From: Vicugna vicugna
Taxonomy: Eukaryota
Assembly: GCA_013265495.1 (NCBI GenBank)
Contig: MU058531.1
Span: 1,798,911-1,862,910, forward strand
Direction: 5' to 3'
DNA: 64,000 bases
This document shows, piece by piece, positions 38,853-52,649 of the stretch. Numbering within the stretch: position 1 is the first letter of the stretch; each line of letters starts with the position of its first letter. The position numbers and the translations under genes are program-made. The notes beneath the pieces are model-generated. The model did not search any database. It was not told the DNA's origin and saw only the letters and a program-made list of their open reading frames with translations.

Positions 38853-38989
38853 ACTCTCCAGGCCGCTGAATTGATTGACTCAGAGTTTCGAACAGGAATG
38901 AGCAATAGACAAAAGAACAAAGCTAAAAGAATGGCCAAGTTATTTGCAAAGCAGAGATCCAGGGATGCAGTGGAAACTAATGAGAAGAG
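38853..38989 (+). CDS. BTAF1: BTAF1 exon 6 (TLQAAELIDSEF...ETNEK)
   Basis: 137 nt; donor GAG|GTGGTA. Confidence 0.9.
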
Positions 38990-39418
38990 GTGGTAATCTT
39001 TTTCTGTTTATTTGAAACAGTAATTCTGGTTAGTTTAAATCTGTGTCTGCTTGACTCCTAAAATTTTTTTCCCTAACTAATTATGAACTCTGAATGAGGC
39101 TTGAAGATCTTCCAAGGCGAGTGCATTCCAGGCAGAGGGAACAAGTGTACATGCATTAGTCGTGGAATAATTAAGAAACAGAAAGAAAAGCAGTATGGCT
39201 GGGATGAGTGGACAGAAGTCAGAGTAGTAAGGAATGAAGTCAAGAGAAAGAGCCTGAGGGCCACAAGTTAAGGATACTGCTTTTGTAAAGGGGAAACTGT
39301 CAGCAGTATTACATCACTCATTCCTTCGGCGGGGGCTAAGCCAAATAGTAATAATCCAGTTTGTTTTCCTAATTCTGTTGTAGTAAAGACCTCTGGGTAA
39401 AATCCCTGTCCTCACTTT

Positions 39419-39612
39419 TTTTAAGTTTTTTTAAAAATTTATTTATTTTACTTTTATGATTTATTTGGGGGGGTAATTAAGTTGTATGTATGTATGTATG
39501 TATGTATGTATGTATGTATGTATGTATGTATTTATATGGAGGTACTGGGGATTGAACCCAGGACTTTGTGCATACTAAAGCGCAGGCTCTACTGAGCTAT
39601 ATCATCCCCCCC
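39419..39612 (-). mobile_element. Camelid-type SINE with microsatellite-expanded tail
   Basis: SINE core; TSD cctcacttt at 39410-39418 and 39613-39621. Confidence 0.88.
39483..39530. repeat. (TGTA)12 tetranucleotide microsatellite
   Basis: Perfect 48-nt run. Confidence 0.96.
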
Positions 39613-40129
39613 CCTCACTTTCTTAGTGAGTTCATAGAAATGATATCTGTAAGGCTCGGAGCAACATTTTTCAAAGGGTGGTTCAAAACAACCCCCTTCA
39701 TAAACACTTTGGGAGCCTTGTTAAAATGTAGATTCTTGGACTCAAATCTTAAATCAGAATCTTTAATGGTGTCCAAGAATGTTTGAGTAAATGATGCATT
39801 AATAAACACAGAGCCTATGAAAATAAAGTTTTATTGCAGATGACAGAACTTTTTGTTGTTCTTTCCATTCATATAAAGCTAAAAAGTTAAGTGTTTACCA
39901 TATTTATTTAAAAGCCAGGCACATGAGGGATAAATAGTAAGCATCTGCTTGGTATAAATTTTTACGTGGAGTTGTTTTTTTAAATATAAAATCTTTACTG
40001 ATCTTGTTAACTATAGCTCATTAGGATCGTGTAGTAGCCTAATAAATGTTCCTGCTAGCTTATAATCATGTAAGACTTTTACCCAAATATTTGAATGTTA
40101 GAAATATGAGATCTTATTTTTCAGAACAC

Positions 40130-40620
40130 ATGATTCATTCATTCCACAAATCTTTATTAAATACCTTCTACATGCCAGATACTATTCTAAGCTCTAATGA
40201 TTCAGTAGTGAATAAAACAGATAAGAATTCTTGTCTTTGTCAGGCTTTCATTCTAGAGGGAAAGACAGATGAAGAACAAGATTAAATAAGCAAGTATAGT
40301 GTGTGTGCGTGTGTATGTAGAGAGAGAGAACATATTAATGGTAAGGGTTAAGAAGGAAGAAAGAGGTAAAGCAAGGAAGGAACATGTGAAATGTTTAGTG
40401 GGGAGAGAGTTTGAAATTTTAGATAGCATGGTCATGAATTTGCAGAGGTAACTTTTCAGGAAAGATATGACGGAATTGCGGATGCTAACCCTTGAAAAGA
40501 TACTCTGAATAGAGGGAATATCAATGACAAAAGCGTGGAAGTAGAAACATGCCTAACAAGTTCAAGGACAGTAAAATGACCAACCAGTGTGGCTAGATTG
40601 AATTAGATAGAATTAGGAGA
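40130..40620 (-). mobile_element. LINE-2 3' end
   Basis: attcattcattccacaaatctttattaaatacc...gtgaataaaacagataag. Confidence 0.7.
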
Positions 40621-41339
40621 ATAATAATAGACAGACTCAGATTGTTTTTTATCACTTTATAGAAAAAATGGTTGGCCAAAATTACACCAAGATGGAAGGT
40701 GGGGAGGGGTGGGTAATTGTAGAAAATAATGCTATATATGCCTTAACAATACTAATTCTTTCTGTTAATATTCAGTAAAGCTGTTTTGTACTTGTCTTGT
40801 CCTTTGTAATATTTTGTAATTAAGCTAACCTTTGTTTTTGTTCTTTTAGTCATAAAATTTTTCTCAAATTTTCTATACATGTTTTTCATTAGCCAATTGT
40901 GTTATCTCTATATTTTTCAAGAACTAGTAAGATTGTAGTATATTACTCAGTATATTGGTTTTCTCCAGGGTACAAAAGCTTAAAAAAGTTATGCTGGACC
41001 AGATTTAGGTTTTTGGACGAGGAGAGTTTAAATATAAAAAGGAGAGAAGCTGGATGTAGGAGAGACGGGGAAAAAAAGACTTGTTAAATTTGAGATCCAG
41101 TTTGAAAGCAAGAAGTCATTGACCTATTTTACATTTATCAATAAGAGTAGTAGGGTGTATTTTGCTTAAACATTTTTAAGCAGTTAATCTTAGTTATTTG
41201 ATACATGATATTTTAAGTAAGCCATATAAGCAGAATATGGCAAAACATTTATTCAGATGATGGATTCTCTTACATTCATTGTGGGTCACGTTATTCTTTA
41301 TTCACTTTTTAAAATGGTGACTTTTTTTTTTTTCCAAAG

Positions 41340-41469
41340 CAATGATAGCACTGATGGGGAACCAGAAGAAAAGAGACGAAAAATAGCAAATGTTGTTATT
41401 AATCAGTCTGCAAATGATTCCAAAGTCCTGATTGATAATATTCCAGACAATTCTCCCTTAATTGAAGAG
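41340..41469 (+). CDS. BTAF1: BTAF1 exon 7 (SNDSTDGEPEEKRRK...LIEE)
   Basis: Poly-T tract + aag| acceptor, 130 nt. Confidence 0.92.
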
Positions 41470-41738
41470 GTACTATTGAAATGCCCTAAAGTGTCCTTTG
41501 AAATTATTTTTTTCATACTAATGTGTCAGTAGATGGTATTTAATAATCTGTCAATTGAGGAAACTGTATTATTAAAAATTTAAGTATCTTTACTTCATTA
41601 GTAAAAATTTCTAATTATTTAAAAATTTTAAAGCCTGACTATTATTACTAGATCTTCAAATAAATACACCTTATTGCTTAAATTATTAGCCAAAAAAAGA
41701 TCTTTTAAATTAGTAGTAATTCTGTTTTTCCTGCTCAG

Positions 41739-41807
41739 ACAAATGAATGGCCTTTGGAAAGCTTTTGTGAAGAACTTTGCAATGATCTTTTTAATCCCTC
41801 CTGGGAG
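41739..41807 (+). CDS. BTAF1: BTAF1 exon 8 (TNEWPLESFCEELCNDLFNPSWE)
   Basis: 69 nt, AG/GT. Confidence 0.95.
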
Positions 41808-42890
41808 GTAAGATTTCTTCATTAGACTTTCTCTTAGTTCTGTTTTCTTGGCTAATGATGGAAACCATGTAAAGCATAATCTATTTTGTCAGAATCCCTC
41901 ATTCTTTCCTGTGTCCCTCTCAGAACCACTGGTCAGGGCACTTCTTATCACTCACTTCCTAAACAGAAAACTTGAGACTGATTTTCACCTTTTGTACCCT
42001 TTTTGCCATATTTCGTTAGTGAATTTTTCATCTAAGTTTCCATTCTTTTAGCTATAATACAAAGATTTGCATATCTCTCAGACAGTAAAACTTTCCTCTG
42101 GAAGTGGACAATTTTGATCAAGACCAGTAGTTCCCAAGCAGTAGGTTAGCCTCAGAAATAATTTCTTTGAAGAAAGTCTTGAACAGTTCACAATATGTAA
42201 AAGAGATGTAAGTGAAGTTCCCGTGATTGCGGTTGAGAGTTCGTAGTCTCAAACAATTTTGTCCCACTTCAACTGGCCTCTGGGTGATTTTAAACACTGT
42301 TTGGAGTACCTTTTAGCATCCTTTTCTGCTCCTTTGTGAACCATTTAAAGCTATTCAAGTCTTAACTCAAATGGAGTCTTGAATAAGTGGATGCAGTATC
42401 AGTAGCCTGTTTTTTCCCTTCCGGATAACATTGCAGAAGGCTACAGGGCTACAGTAAAGTGTTAGTCATGAGACATTTTATTTGAACTGTCTTCCTTTGA
42501 TGTTTAACACTGTTGGCTTTGGAACTTAGTTTGGAGATACATACAGTATTTGGGCTATAAAGAACAGTATTTGATGCTTTCTTTTCTCTCCTTTGCTGTG
42601 AATAATACTGAATGAAAGTAGAGGGTAGAGGAGTGACAGCTGAAGGAGTTAGTATCTCAGAAGGAATTTAGAATAGCCATTTTCCTAGCTTGATTTTTTT
42701 TAAATTCCAGATAGTCAAAATTGTGAAATTAACATGTAATTCTTGGATGGTTTAATAAAAACACATTCTTATGAAGTGCCACTTTGTTCTTATTTCTTAA
42801 AAATCTAAAAAAGTTTTTCATACTGAAGAACAGTTAAACACTGTTTCCTAAGCATTTAACCTCTTGTATTTATTTCTTGGTTCATTTTAG

Positions 42891-42980
42891 GTTCGACATG
42901 GTGCAGGCACTGGACTTAGGGAAATCCTTAAAGCTCATGGGAAAAGTGGTGGTAAAATAGGAGACAGCACTTTAGAAGAG
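42891..42980 (+). CDS. BTAF1: BTAF1 exon 9 (VRHGAGTGLREILK...)
   Basis: 90 nt, completes the WEVRHG motif. Confidence 0.95.
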
Positions 42981-43682
42981 GTGAGTTTTAATGTAGTAAA
43001 TCAACAATTACCACCAAGTTTCAGTAGTTGGCCTCTTTTTCCAAGACAGGGAAGCAATAGAGCATGTGTCATGAAGTAGAAAGGAGAGATAAGTAATAAA
43101 TATGGAAAGGTGAATATAAGAAAGAAAGTAAAAAGGTTAGAAAGAAGTTTATATTATTTATAGAGAGAGGAAGAATGAGTTCAGGGGAAAGATCAGTCCA
43201 GAAACACTGAGTGGAAAAATATGTAAAAGCAAGAGTATTTGAGCAGGAGATAATGGACTAGAATGTAGAGTAAAATGAATAAGAGGATAGTTTAGAGCTC
43301 AGTGAGAAATATGATTGGTGTTACATAGAGACACTGGTAATGGGCCAGATAATATAATAACATGATTAATTAAGAGCAACCTTAAGTGGTTTCTTAATTT
43401 CTCTTGGAGTGCAAGTAATTTAATGGAATTTATGAATTTTAAAGATTTTGCTATAGTACATCTAATAATCATCAAAGAGAGTGTGTTTAATATTAAAGCT
43501 AGTAATTGGGACTATTCCATATTTTGGTTATTGTTCCTACAGCTAAAATAACTGTCCCAGTATTTTCATTTTAGTTACTGTACTATAATAGTTGAATTAT
43601 AGTTTTTGGACCTAATATGTTTCCCAATCCCAGATACAAAATGTAATCTTTGTCTGTTATTTAAAAATGATTGTTTTACCAG

Positions 43683-43778
43683 ATGATTCAGCAGCATCAA
43701 GAGTGGTTGGAAGACTTGGTTATTAGACTTCTTTGTGTGTTTGCATTGGACAGGTTTGGAGACTTTGTTTCTGATGAA
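43683..43778 (+). CDS. BTAF1: BTAF1 exon 10 (...LLCVFALDRFGDFVSDE)
   Basis: 96 nt, Mot1-type LDRFGDFV motif. Confidence 0.96.
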
Positions 43779-43876
43779 GTAAGTATCTCCTAAGGGAGGC
43801 TTTACCCAATTAAATTTCAAATTCTGCAAAAATACATTTTTGCAAATAATGAGTTTTCTTCCTTTCTCATCTGTAG

Positions 43877-44053
43877 GTTGTGGCACCAGTTCGTGAAACT
43901 TGTGCTCAAACATTAGGTGTGGTGTTAAAACACATGAATGAAACAGGAGTTCATAAGACTGTGGATGTGCTACTTAAATTACTTACACAAGAACAGTGGG
44001 AAGTTAGACATGGTGGTCTGCTAGGAATAAAATATGCTTTGGCAGTTCGTCAG
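43877..44053 (+). CDS. BTAF1: BTAF1 exon 11 (VVAPVRETCAQTLG...WEVRHGGLLGIKY...)
   Basis: 177 nt after a 98-nt intron. Confidence 0.96.
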
Positions 44054-44761
44054 GTAAACACTTCAGTTTTTGAAGCATTTATGGGAGAGTTTTTTCCCCT
44101 CTTAAGTTTATTTTCATTAATTATATGAAATGGCCTTAAGATTCTTAGTATTACAAATAAGCCAGTCCTTCAAGATTTGCTTTCTTGAGGTAGTATCACA
44201 GACATAGGTGATGCTAATAAGAATTTAAGTACAAATTAAAAGATAAACTAGGAAACCTGTTGCTATTTCATGGCAAGACCGGTTTTCAGCCAGATTCCTA
44301 GTGTATGATCGCAGGAATAGCCTCTGGGGGCTGGCTCTGTTGAGGCAATTGAAGAGAGAGTAGTTCGGAATAGTGAGAAGCAAGAAGGGATTGACTTTCT
44401 CTTCCCTCATCTGTCATACTCCCTTTCATTGTCAGTGGTTGAGTAAGAGCTAAAAGTTAAGGTTCTAGCACAGGGCTTTGTATGTATGTGTGTTCACACT
44501 GGGAATTCACAGTCTTGCCTTGAAAACATGTTCTAATGTTTCAGGTCACATTGAGTAAAGAAGTACCTGATACCATTGTAGTCTTTTTCAGATGACATTA
44601 GTTCCATACGCATCTATTGATGTTATTTTTTTGTTTCTGTTTATGTGATTCTTTTTTAAATAGATATTGAAATTTATGCTTTTATATATAAATTTAATAA
44701 AAGATGTTGAAGCACAATTCTACTATAGAAAATTAATTTATTTTGGTGTACTCTTTTACAG

Positions 44762-44902
44762 GATGTAATTAATACTTTATTGCCTAAAGTTTTAAGTAGA
44801 ATAATTGAAGGACTCCAGGACCTCGATGATGATGTCAGAGCTGTTGCTGCAGCATCGTTAGTACCTGTGGTAGAAAGCCTTGTGTATCTTCAGACACAAA
44901 AA
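44762..44902 (+). CDS. BTAF1: BTAF1 exon 12 (...GLQDLDDDVRAVAAASL...)
   Basis: 141 nt, HEAT-repeat motif. Confidence 0.96.
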
Positions 44903-45742
44903 GTAAATGAAATATTTTTGTATTTTCTTCCTGTAGAGCTTGTTTACATTTGAGATGTAGAGTATTAGGGAAAACACAGAGTACTTTTTTCTCCATTCTC
45001 TATTTTTCTTATCACAGATAGCCCTCTGATGCATGGGATCTCGATTATACATTGTCCTTAGGAAGAGTGAATTGTGTCTATTTATCTTTCCCTTTCATGT
45101 ACAGAATATGTAGAGAATTTCCTTGAGAAGAAATCGATCATTCCTTCTTTATGTTATTCCTAGTACTTTAGGCATATAAGGTTTTTGTTTGTTTTGATTT
45201 TGGTTTTTGGCGTTTGGTTTTTTAATCTGGTCTCATTTTTGAAGTTCCTCTTTTAAGGTCTATCTGACTGCCTTTTGTATTATCAAAACCAGAACACTTA
45301 CATTTGGAAGTGCAACAATCAGTATTTTAAAAGCTAAGAAACCAAATTTTGTCCTTCTGTAATGCTTAGGAATATTTTAAATATATTAAAATTACTTTAT
45401 GTAGAGGGTCCTGACTTGTGTCTCTACACTGTATTACTTCCAAAGTTTAGTTTTTTACATAATGTAGAGTATTGGCTTTCTTAGTTCCTGAATTCTGCAT
45501 CACATTATGAGCCTCATTAGAAAGGGAAGTGCCATAGTAGAGTTGAATGGTATTAAAAAGAGGGGTAGAGAATTGTTAGAGGCATATAATGTCTTCTTAA
45601 CTTTGCTCAAAACTGGCACTATCCGAGGTCATTGGGATTGGATGTGTTGTTAAATCAGTTGTGACTCCCGAGATACAATTTGGCATTGCTTGTGAATATT
45701 TTGTGCAAAATTAATAACTTTTCTTGATAACTGATCTTACAG

Positions 45743-45867
45743 GTACCCTTCATTATAAATACATTATGGGATGCTCTTTTGGAACTAGATGATCTAACAG
45801 CTTCAACAAATAGTATTATGACTCTTCTTTCATCTTTGTTAACTTATCCTCAGGTTCAGCAATGCAG
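45743..45867 (+). CDS. BTAF1: BTAF1 exon 13 (VPFIINTLWDALLELDDLTASTNSIM...)
   Basis: 125 nt, AG/GT. Confidence 0.95.
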
Positions 45868-46923
45868 GTAATTTTTTTTTGTTCAGTGGAATAAAGTAAA
45901 AAAATGTTTACATATATTTCCAGATAATTAAGCCTAAAAATACAAAAGCACCTTTTAGAACAGTACTGTAAGTTGCGGATGCCAAAGACTATTTTCAGGA
46001 GGCCTTTTCTTCTTTACTCTCTACCCACCAGCACTTTAGGGTCAGGAACATAAAAAGCTCATATTCTTGTGTTTCTTTGGCTATAGAATTCTTTTTCTTG
46101 TTCATCCTGTAATAGTTAACTTTAGAAATATAATTACTGCATATTACTTTTACCTCTAGTGCAGGATATAGAATTTTAGCCTTATTTTGTGAAATTTAGT
46201 TAACAGAATTATCATTGAACATCAGCATTACTTTTTCCAAAATTTGCTACTCTGAACTTTTTCTTTGTAATGCTCACTTCAACTCTTGCTCTTGATTTCA
46301 ATAATTGCTAATCAGGAAGTGAGTACATAATAATGTAACAGAATGTCCAAAGACAGAGACTAAGTGAAGCCAAAACAAACCAAAAATTTATAAAGTGTCA
46401 TCTGTTTTCCTATTCTGATATTTGAAATGAAACTCAGCTGATTAATTCCCTACCTTTTAGACTGGGTCCTGAATATTATTGTTTCTATTAATAGTATCCT
46501 TGGAGATACAGAAAAAAAATTTGTATGCAACTTTAAAAAAAAATCACAAATGAGAAAATTACTCTTCTTAGCCCAGTGAGTGTGTTCAATGAATGGTTGT
46601 ATGATTATGATTATGAATGATTTCTGGTTCTGTGAGTGAGTCTGTTTCTATTGAAAATTATAGATATGTGAAAAACATGTAGAGAATATTTCAAATAATA
46701 CTGACCTGCTGGTAGTACTTCAGTGTTTAGACTAGTAGAACATCCCACAAATTGGAATAGTAAAATAAGTGCCTATAAAGTTAACAGAAAAATTAAAGTG
46801 GTAGTGCATATGTGGAGTTTCCTAATTTTCAAATGCTTTCACTGGTATAGGGATTAAATGAGTTAATCTGTGTAAAAGCCCTTCTAAAGCTGCAGAATGC
46901 AAGAATTTTTAATTACTCTATAT

Positions 46924-47144
46924 CGGGGGTTGGCAGACTCTTTCTGTGAAGGCCCAGATAGTGATGTTTTGGCGTTGTGAGCCATATGATCTCTGTCAAA
47001 ATTACTCAGCTCTGCCACTGTTAACACAAAAGCAGCCGTAGACAATACATAAAGGAATAAATATGCCTATGCTCTAGTAAAACTTTATTTAAAAAAACCA
47101 AGTGGAATGAATTTGGATTGTGGGCCTTAGTTTGTTGGCACCTG
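46924..47144 (+). mobile_element. MER58A-like hAT-Charlie MITE
   Basis: Matches recalled MER58A along its length; 8-bp TSD ctctatat / ctctaaat (7/8). Confidence 0.85.
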
Positions 47145-48364
47145 CTCTAAATAAAGGCTTAGGACTTTTTTTTTTTTTAAATCAAGTGGACACTGTCAGG
47201 AAAGCTAGATGATGTTAAGAAAATGAAAGAATGTGGTGAAAATTCTGTTAATTCAATGTGAAATAATATAGTTTTTGATTTTTTTTCAAAATTGCCTTAC
47301 AAAATTTGCTTCATATATTGTGATATTTGGCAGATACTTTCTAGCTTATGTAAGAAGAAATGCAGCATGTATTTGGAGTATGAACAGTTACAGTATTAAC
47401 AAGACCTGTTGTAATGCTTTTACATATTTGAGGCTGTTTTATGTCCGTTTGTGCATGTGTTTATGTTATATAATTTTATACATAAATGTACTAAATGTGT
47501 ACATAAATGTAAGAAATGATGTTCATACAAACCTGCAAGTAACGAAAATAGCATTAAATGATGGGCCTCCTGAGAGGAGCCACAAAAGAATAGATGGTTA
47601 CACTGACATTCTTTCTTCCTCGTGTTTTTTCTACAGAGGTATATATTTCAAATGCTACTTATAAATAATTCCCTAATTTGAGTAACTTTTTTTTTTCTGA
47701 ATAACTTTTATATATGACTCATGGATGTGACAGGAATCCTATGATCCAAATTGTTAGCCTAGATGTGGCTTTGCTTGCTTTAAAGTCTAATCTGTGAGAA
47801 GGAAGATAATTTGAGTTTTCCTAACTTAGTAATGCTAAATCAGGATAACAAATTTCAAAGCTACAACCATATCATCTCTTGCTCTTTTGATATGTCATAG
47901 AGATGGCCCCAAAGAGGGATGGATGTAAGTTATGTGTATCTATTGGTTACCCATTGGGGTTAGCCATGGGAAAGGAGTAAGTATTAGCAATCCTAATTTT
48001 GTGTTGGCTGACTATCAGATAAGATACATGTTCCACTTTCCTGAGTAAGAACAGACTGAGAATAGGGCAGTTATACTGAAAAGTTCTAATTTGATAAAGG
48101 TAATTCATGGCATTAGTGCCATAGAAGAACCTAATGTTAATATTTCTACTCTTTATGACTGCATTTGCTCTGGCTATTCTGGTACTGTAAAACAGTTTTG
48201 AATGAGGGTGTTAAATGAATGTTCATATGGAAATTGTATTATCTATTTAGAATCATTAATCAAAAAAGATGCCAGGTCCACAAAGAAATGATATGTAGAT
48301 AATGTATCAACCAACAGAGCTCCCATTGAGAATGAGTAAGATTAATTTGTGTCTTCTTTATTAG

Positions 48365-48485
48365 TATTCATCAGTCACTCACAGTTTTAGTTCCACGTGT
48401 CTGGCCTTTTTTGCATCACACTATATCATCAGTTCGAAGAGCAGCGTTGGAAACTCTGTTCACGTTATTATCAACACAGGACCAG
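48365..48485 (+). CDS. BTAF1: BTAF1 exon 14 (...LVPRVWPFLHHTISSVR...)
   Basis: 121 nt, AG/GT. Confidence 0.95.
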
Positions 48486-49484
48486 GTAAGAACTAATAAC
48501 TGTAGTAATCTTGAAATTTATATAAGTTAATTTTAGGAAATCTGTAGGAAGGGTGACCTGATCACATATAAAGACCAGGGGAATGCTGGACCTACTAAAA
48601 TTGGTGTGGTGACCATGACCATGTAGACATATAATAATGGAATCACCATGAGGGCAGAAATATTTTAATACTTTGTTCTTGGTTGTGTTCCTGTTCCCAG
48701 CACTTGGAATAGTACTTAAAGCTCTCTTAAAACATGAGTTCACTTATAACTTGGGTTGTAGTGGTCCAGATTATAGTTAATTTAAACTTGGTGAAGTAAA
48801 CAGTTTGTGGTAGGAATTTTTCTGTGTTTCAGATTACACTCTGATAGACTAGTACTAAATAGTCATCAGAACTTTACTTTGCCTAAGATTAGGAGGAAAA
48901 TTTTTGACTAGTAGACTCCTGGTTAGTAGCATACTAGAAGTCCACTGACTGTTTTTAAAAATTTGTGGGAGGAAAATCCCAAGGTGGATAATTTCTAAAG
49001 GGCTGAAAGTGCTGCACCCCTCACTGTGCCCCACTGTCCAGCCAATCCAATGTAATAAACCGATAAATGCAAACCGACATTTTGAGGTTACCTGCCTAAA
49101 TCAGTGCCTACTGGAAGACAGGTACAAAATTAATGAAAACAGGGTGGTCCCACTTTCTGATCTGCAAGAGGCAGACTGACTCTGGATGGGCCAAGTTATA
49201 ACAAATGATTTTCTTAAGAAAATACTAGTAATGAGCTAAAGCATGTAACTTTTTGCAACCATATTTAAAAGGAGGTGCTTGCACAGTTGTTCAGATGGAC
49301 TGCATTTGGCCTATAGCTGTTTTCCTAGCCTCATCTTGTGTTTTCTGCTAAACAGTCTTTATCTTATGCTCCTGGAGAATCTGCATTTTTTTAAATACTG
49401 GTTCCTTCAATGATACTGCCCTGTGTATCCTAGGGATGGGATTTTTTTGTTTGGTTAGGTTTTTTTTTTTAATTTTATTTTTAT

Positions 49485-49832
49485 TTATTGGCTTTACTTT
49501 TTAGAGCCATTTTAGGTTCATGGCAAAATTAAACAAAAAGTACAGGGTGCCCATCCATATACTTCCTACCCTTTCCCAAACATAGCTTCTCTCACCATCA
49601 GCATCCCTTATCAGAGTGGTACATTTGTTATAATCACTGAACAAACATTGATGTGTCATTATCAACCAAAGTCCATAGTTTACTTTAGGCTTCAAGTTTG
49701 ATGTTGCACATTCATTCTGTTGATTTTGATGAATGTATAATAACATCTTTCCATCATTATTGAATCATACAGAATTGTTTCTCTACCCCAAAACCCTGCT
49801 GTGATCTCTCTCTTCATCCCTTCCTTCCCCTG
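49485..49832 (-). mobile_element. Old LINE-1 3' end
   Basis: T-rich start; cagagtggtacatttgttataatc and aaagtccatagtttac motifs. Confidence 0.75.
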
Positions 49833-51284
49833 GTTGTTTTTAATAATTACAAGGTAGAATTTACTAGAGTAACAAAGTTTATAGCTTGAGGAGTCTACAA
49901 CAATTTATACCACATTTTTTGTTTATAGGGGGGGAATCTTTCTCTATATGTGTGGCTTTAGGATCTGCAAGCAACTTTGGATTTCCAATGATGGTGTTGG
50001 GGTGGGTTAAGAAATTGGTAAATATGATGGGAAAAATGAGAAGAGATTATGGAAGAGTAATATTAAATTGTTTGCTTGTTGCTATTATAGCTTTCCTGAT
50101 TCTCTTTGGATTGTCCCTAAATTCTCTCTGATGAGAAAAGAGAATTTTTCTTCTTTCCAACTTCCCTTTCCCATTCAGTGAAAAGTAGCTCCCCTAGCTG
50201 ATTATTTTGCAGTCTGTTTTAAACTTCTTTCAAACCATTTTGAGAAACATATAACTCTGGTTCTATCTTTTTCATTAATTTTCCTGGCTAGAAAATTATA
50301 GTTACCTTTCTAAGTTATGCATTATCTCCTAGACCTTCTGGCTTAAATTTTTCAAATTTTTCTTCAGTCTCTTCCACACAGCTATTTTTTGCTTAAAAAG
50401 ATATTGTGGAAGGAAGTGATAATAAGTACTGTGAACTACTTAATAGAATTTTTAGCTCTTATTCAGTGAGCTTGTAATTATTTGAACAACAATAGACAAC
50501 ATGTGAGATCCCTTTTTTTAGAATTCTGGGCACACAATAGACATTTAATTAAGCACTATTTGATTGCTTGACTTGAGTGGGCTTTTGAATTGTTGAAAAA
50601 TTCCTTAGATTGAGTTTCTAAACCTGGGCTTAAGGAAATCCCTGAACCCTCTGAAATTGAAAGCAAAATGTTATACCTAAGTATGTATATAAGTGTATTT
50701 TTCTAAGAAAAGAGGTGCATAGTTTTCATCAAATTTTCAAAGAACCCCTGGCCCAAAATAGATTAAGAACCTTTGCCTTAATTTTGTAGTGAACTCAAAG
50801 TTCAGTTTTCTGGGTTGGTTATCATCTTGCAGTTTACTCATTACTTTCATTAATTGCAGTTCAGTTCTGCTGCATCAAGAGTGAGCACATAGTACTTACC
50901 TCTGATCACCTAGCATAGCAGCAGTCATCTGATCTTTTTTCACATTTCCCTAATGTAACCAAAGAGATGTTGCCGGTTAGACCTTGCTTCTATAGAGATG
51001 ATGATTTCAATTTATGAGAAGCAAAATTCAGTGTTGTTAATCATAATCAGACTTTCTCCAGCTTCCTAGTGATTGAATGCCATTTAATTTCTTCAATCTA
51101 TTGGAATAATAAACATGGTACTGTTGCTCCAAAATCTTCTCAAAATTTATCACCAGTTGAACCTTTTTGGTAAAGTCGTATCGTCTTTTCATGGTAATAC
51201 CTCTGTTATTTGACTTACAACTTTTTAAGTAAGCTAACATCCAAGAATTATATGCTATAGTTTTGATTTTGTTTTTGTTTTTAG

Positions 51285-51389
51285 AACTCTTCATCTTGGC
51301 TTATACCTATCCTTCCTGATATGCTTCGACACATTTTTCAGTTCTGTGTTTTAGAAAGCAGCCAGGAAATTCTGGACCTCATTCACAAG
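51285..51389 (+). CDS. BTAF1: BTAF1 exon 15 (NSSSWLIPILPDMLRHIFQ...)
   Basis: 105 nt, AG/GT. Confidence 0.94.
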
Positions 51390-52499
51390 GTACACAGTGA
51401 ATAATATATTTGTACTCCTTTTCCCAGTATCTTGGTAGATTTTTAAAATTTTTCATAATTGCTGTACTATTTGCTGATTAGGAATTTAAAGAAATTAGAA
51501 CTCATTTATAAGATTTGAACAGTCTGGAGATCTGTAAGATGAGACAGGGAAATAGGCTTCTTACAGAGTATAATAGTTAAGTCTGGGTTAGCCATGCTAC
51601 TTATATGACCTACTAGGCAAGTGTTTTAAGTCCTTTCTTATAGCCTCAATACAGAAAATAAAATGAAGGAAAGACTGCTTTTCTCCATCACTCATTTTGC
51701 TATTTATCAGTATGCTTATTGATCCTGCAAAGTATCTTTTGGGATTTATTGTTAATACATAGAGTCTGATTGTCATAATTTAGATTTGTACTTTCTTCCC
51801 CTTACTTAGCAAGATTGTTTATATGTGTTGGAACCTTTAAAGAAGAGCCATTTGATATATTTAATAATATTTATGGAAGGAAATGGCACTATTATACCTT
51901 TAAAACCTGTTAAATTAGTTTTGAATTATTGACCTCTTGAGGTGGTTCATTGTTAACAGCCTTAGATTAACAGTGGTGTTATTTCTACATGCTGGCCCTA
52001 GCCTGTTTAATGTTAGACATCAAGAAATTTACCTTATTGAGTAAGATCATGAATCAAGACTTATACTGTTATTAATTTATACTAGGATATTACTACCTCT
52101 AAATTTAGCAGAGGGTATTTATCAGGGGCTGTTATATATTGCAGCATGTGTTGAATATAGGACTGCATCAAGCTTTATGATACATACAAAGGATTTCAGA
52201 CACTTACTGAGATTTTGATAACTTATTTTTATGAGTACCTTTTATTTTAGATGATTTTCATAAAAAACTGAAGATTTTTTTGTATTCCTTTTTTGAAAAC
52301 TTCCTTTTATATTACTTTTTTTAGTATACAAACTTACCCAAAAACAGTATTTAGAAATAAGCCTCTACATTGAATTTTAAAATTAATCTCTGCTGTTTCC
52401 TATTTATTTTTTTCATTTCAGTATCTTTAAAAATAAGTGTTAGGTTTTATTAGGCCTTGCTGGAAAATTTTACTTTATTGTTCCCCTTCTATTCTGTAG

Positions 52500-52649
52500 G
52501 TTTGGATGGAATTGTTAAGCAAGGCTTCAGTTCAGTATGTGGTAGCAGCTGCTTGTCCATGGATGGGTGCTTGGCTTTGTTTAATGATGCAGCCTTCTCA
52601 TTTACCTATTGATTTAAATATGTTGCTGGAAGTAAAAGCTAGAGCCAAG
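52500..52649 (+). CDS. BTAF1: BTAF1 exon 16 (VWMELLSKAS...KARAK)
   Basis: 150 nt, AG/GT. Confidence 0.95.

Noticed and set aside
34388..39612. SINE pairs promoting back-splicing of exons 5-6
   Set aside because: All three SINEs share one orientation, so they cannot form inverted-repeat duplexes
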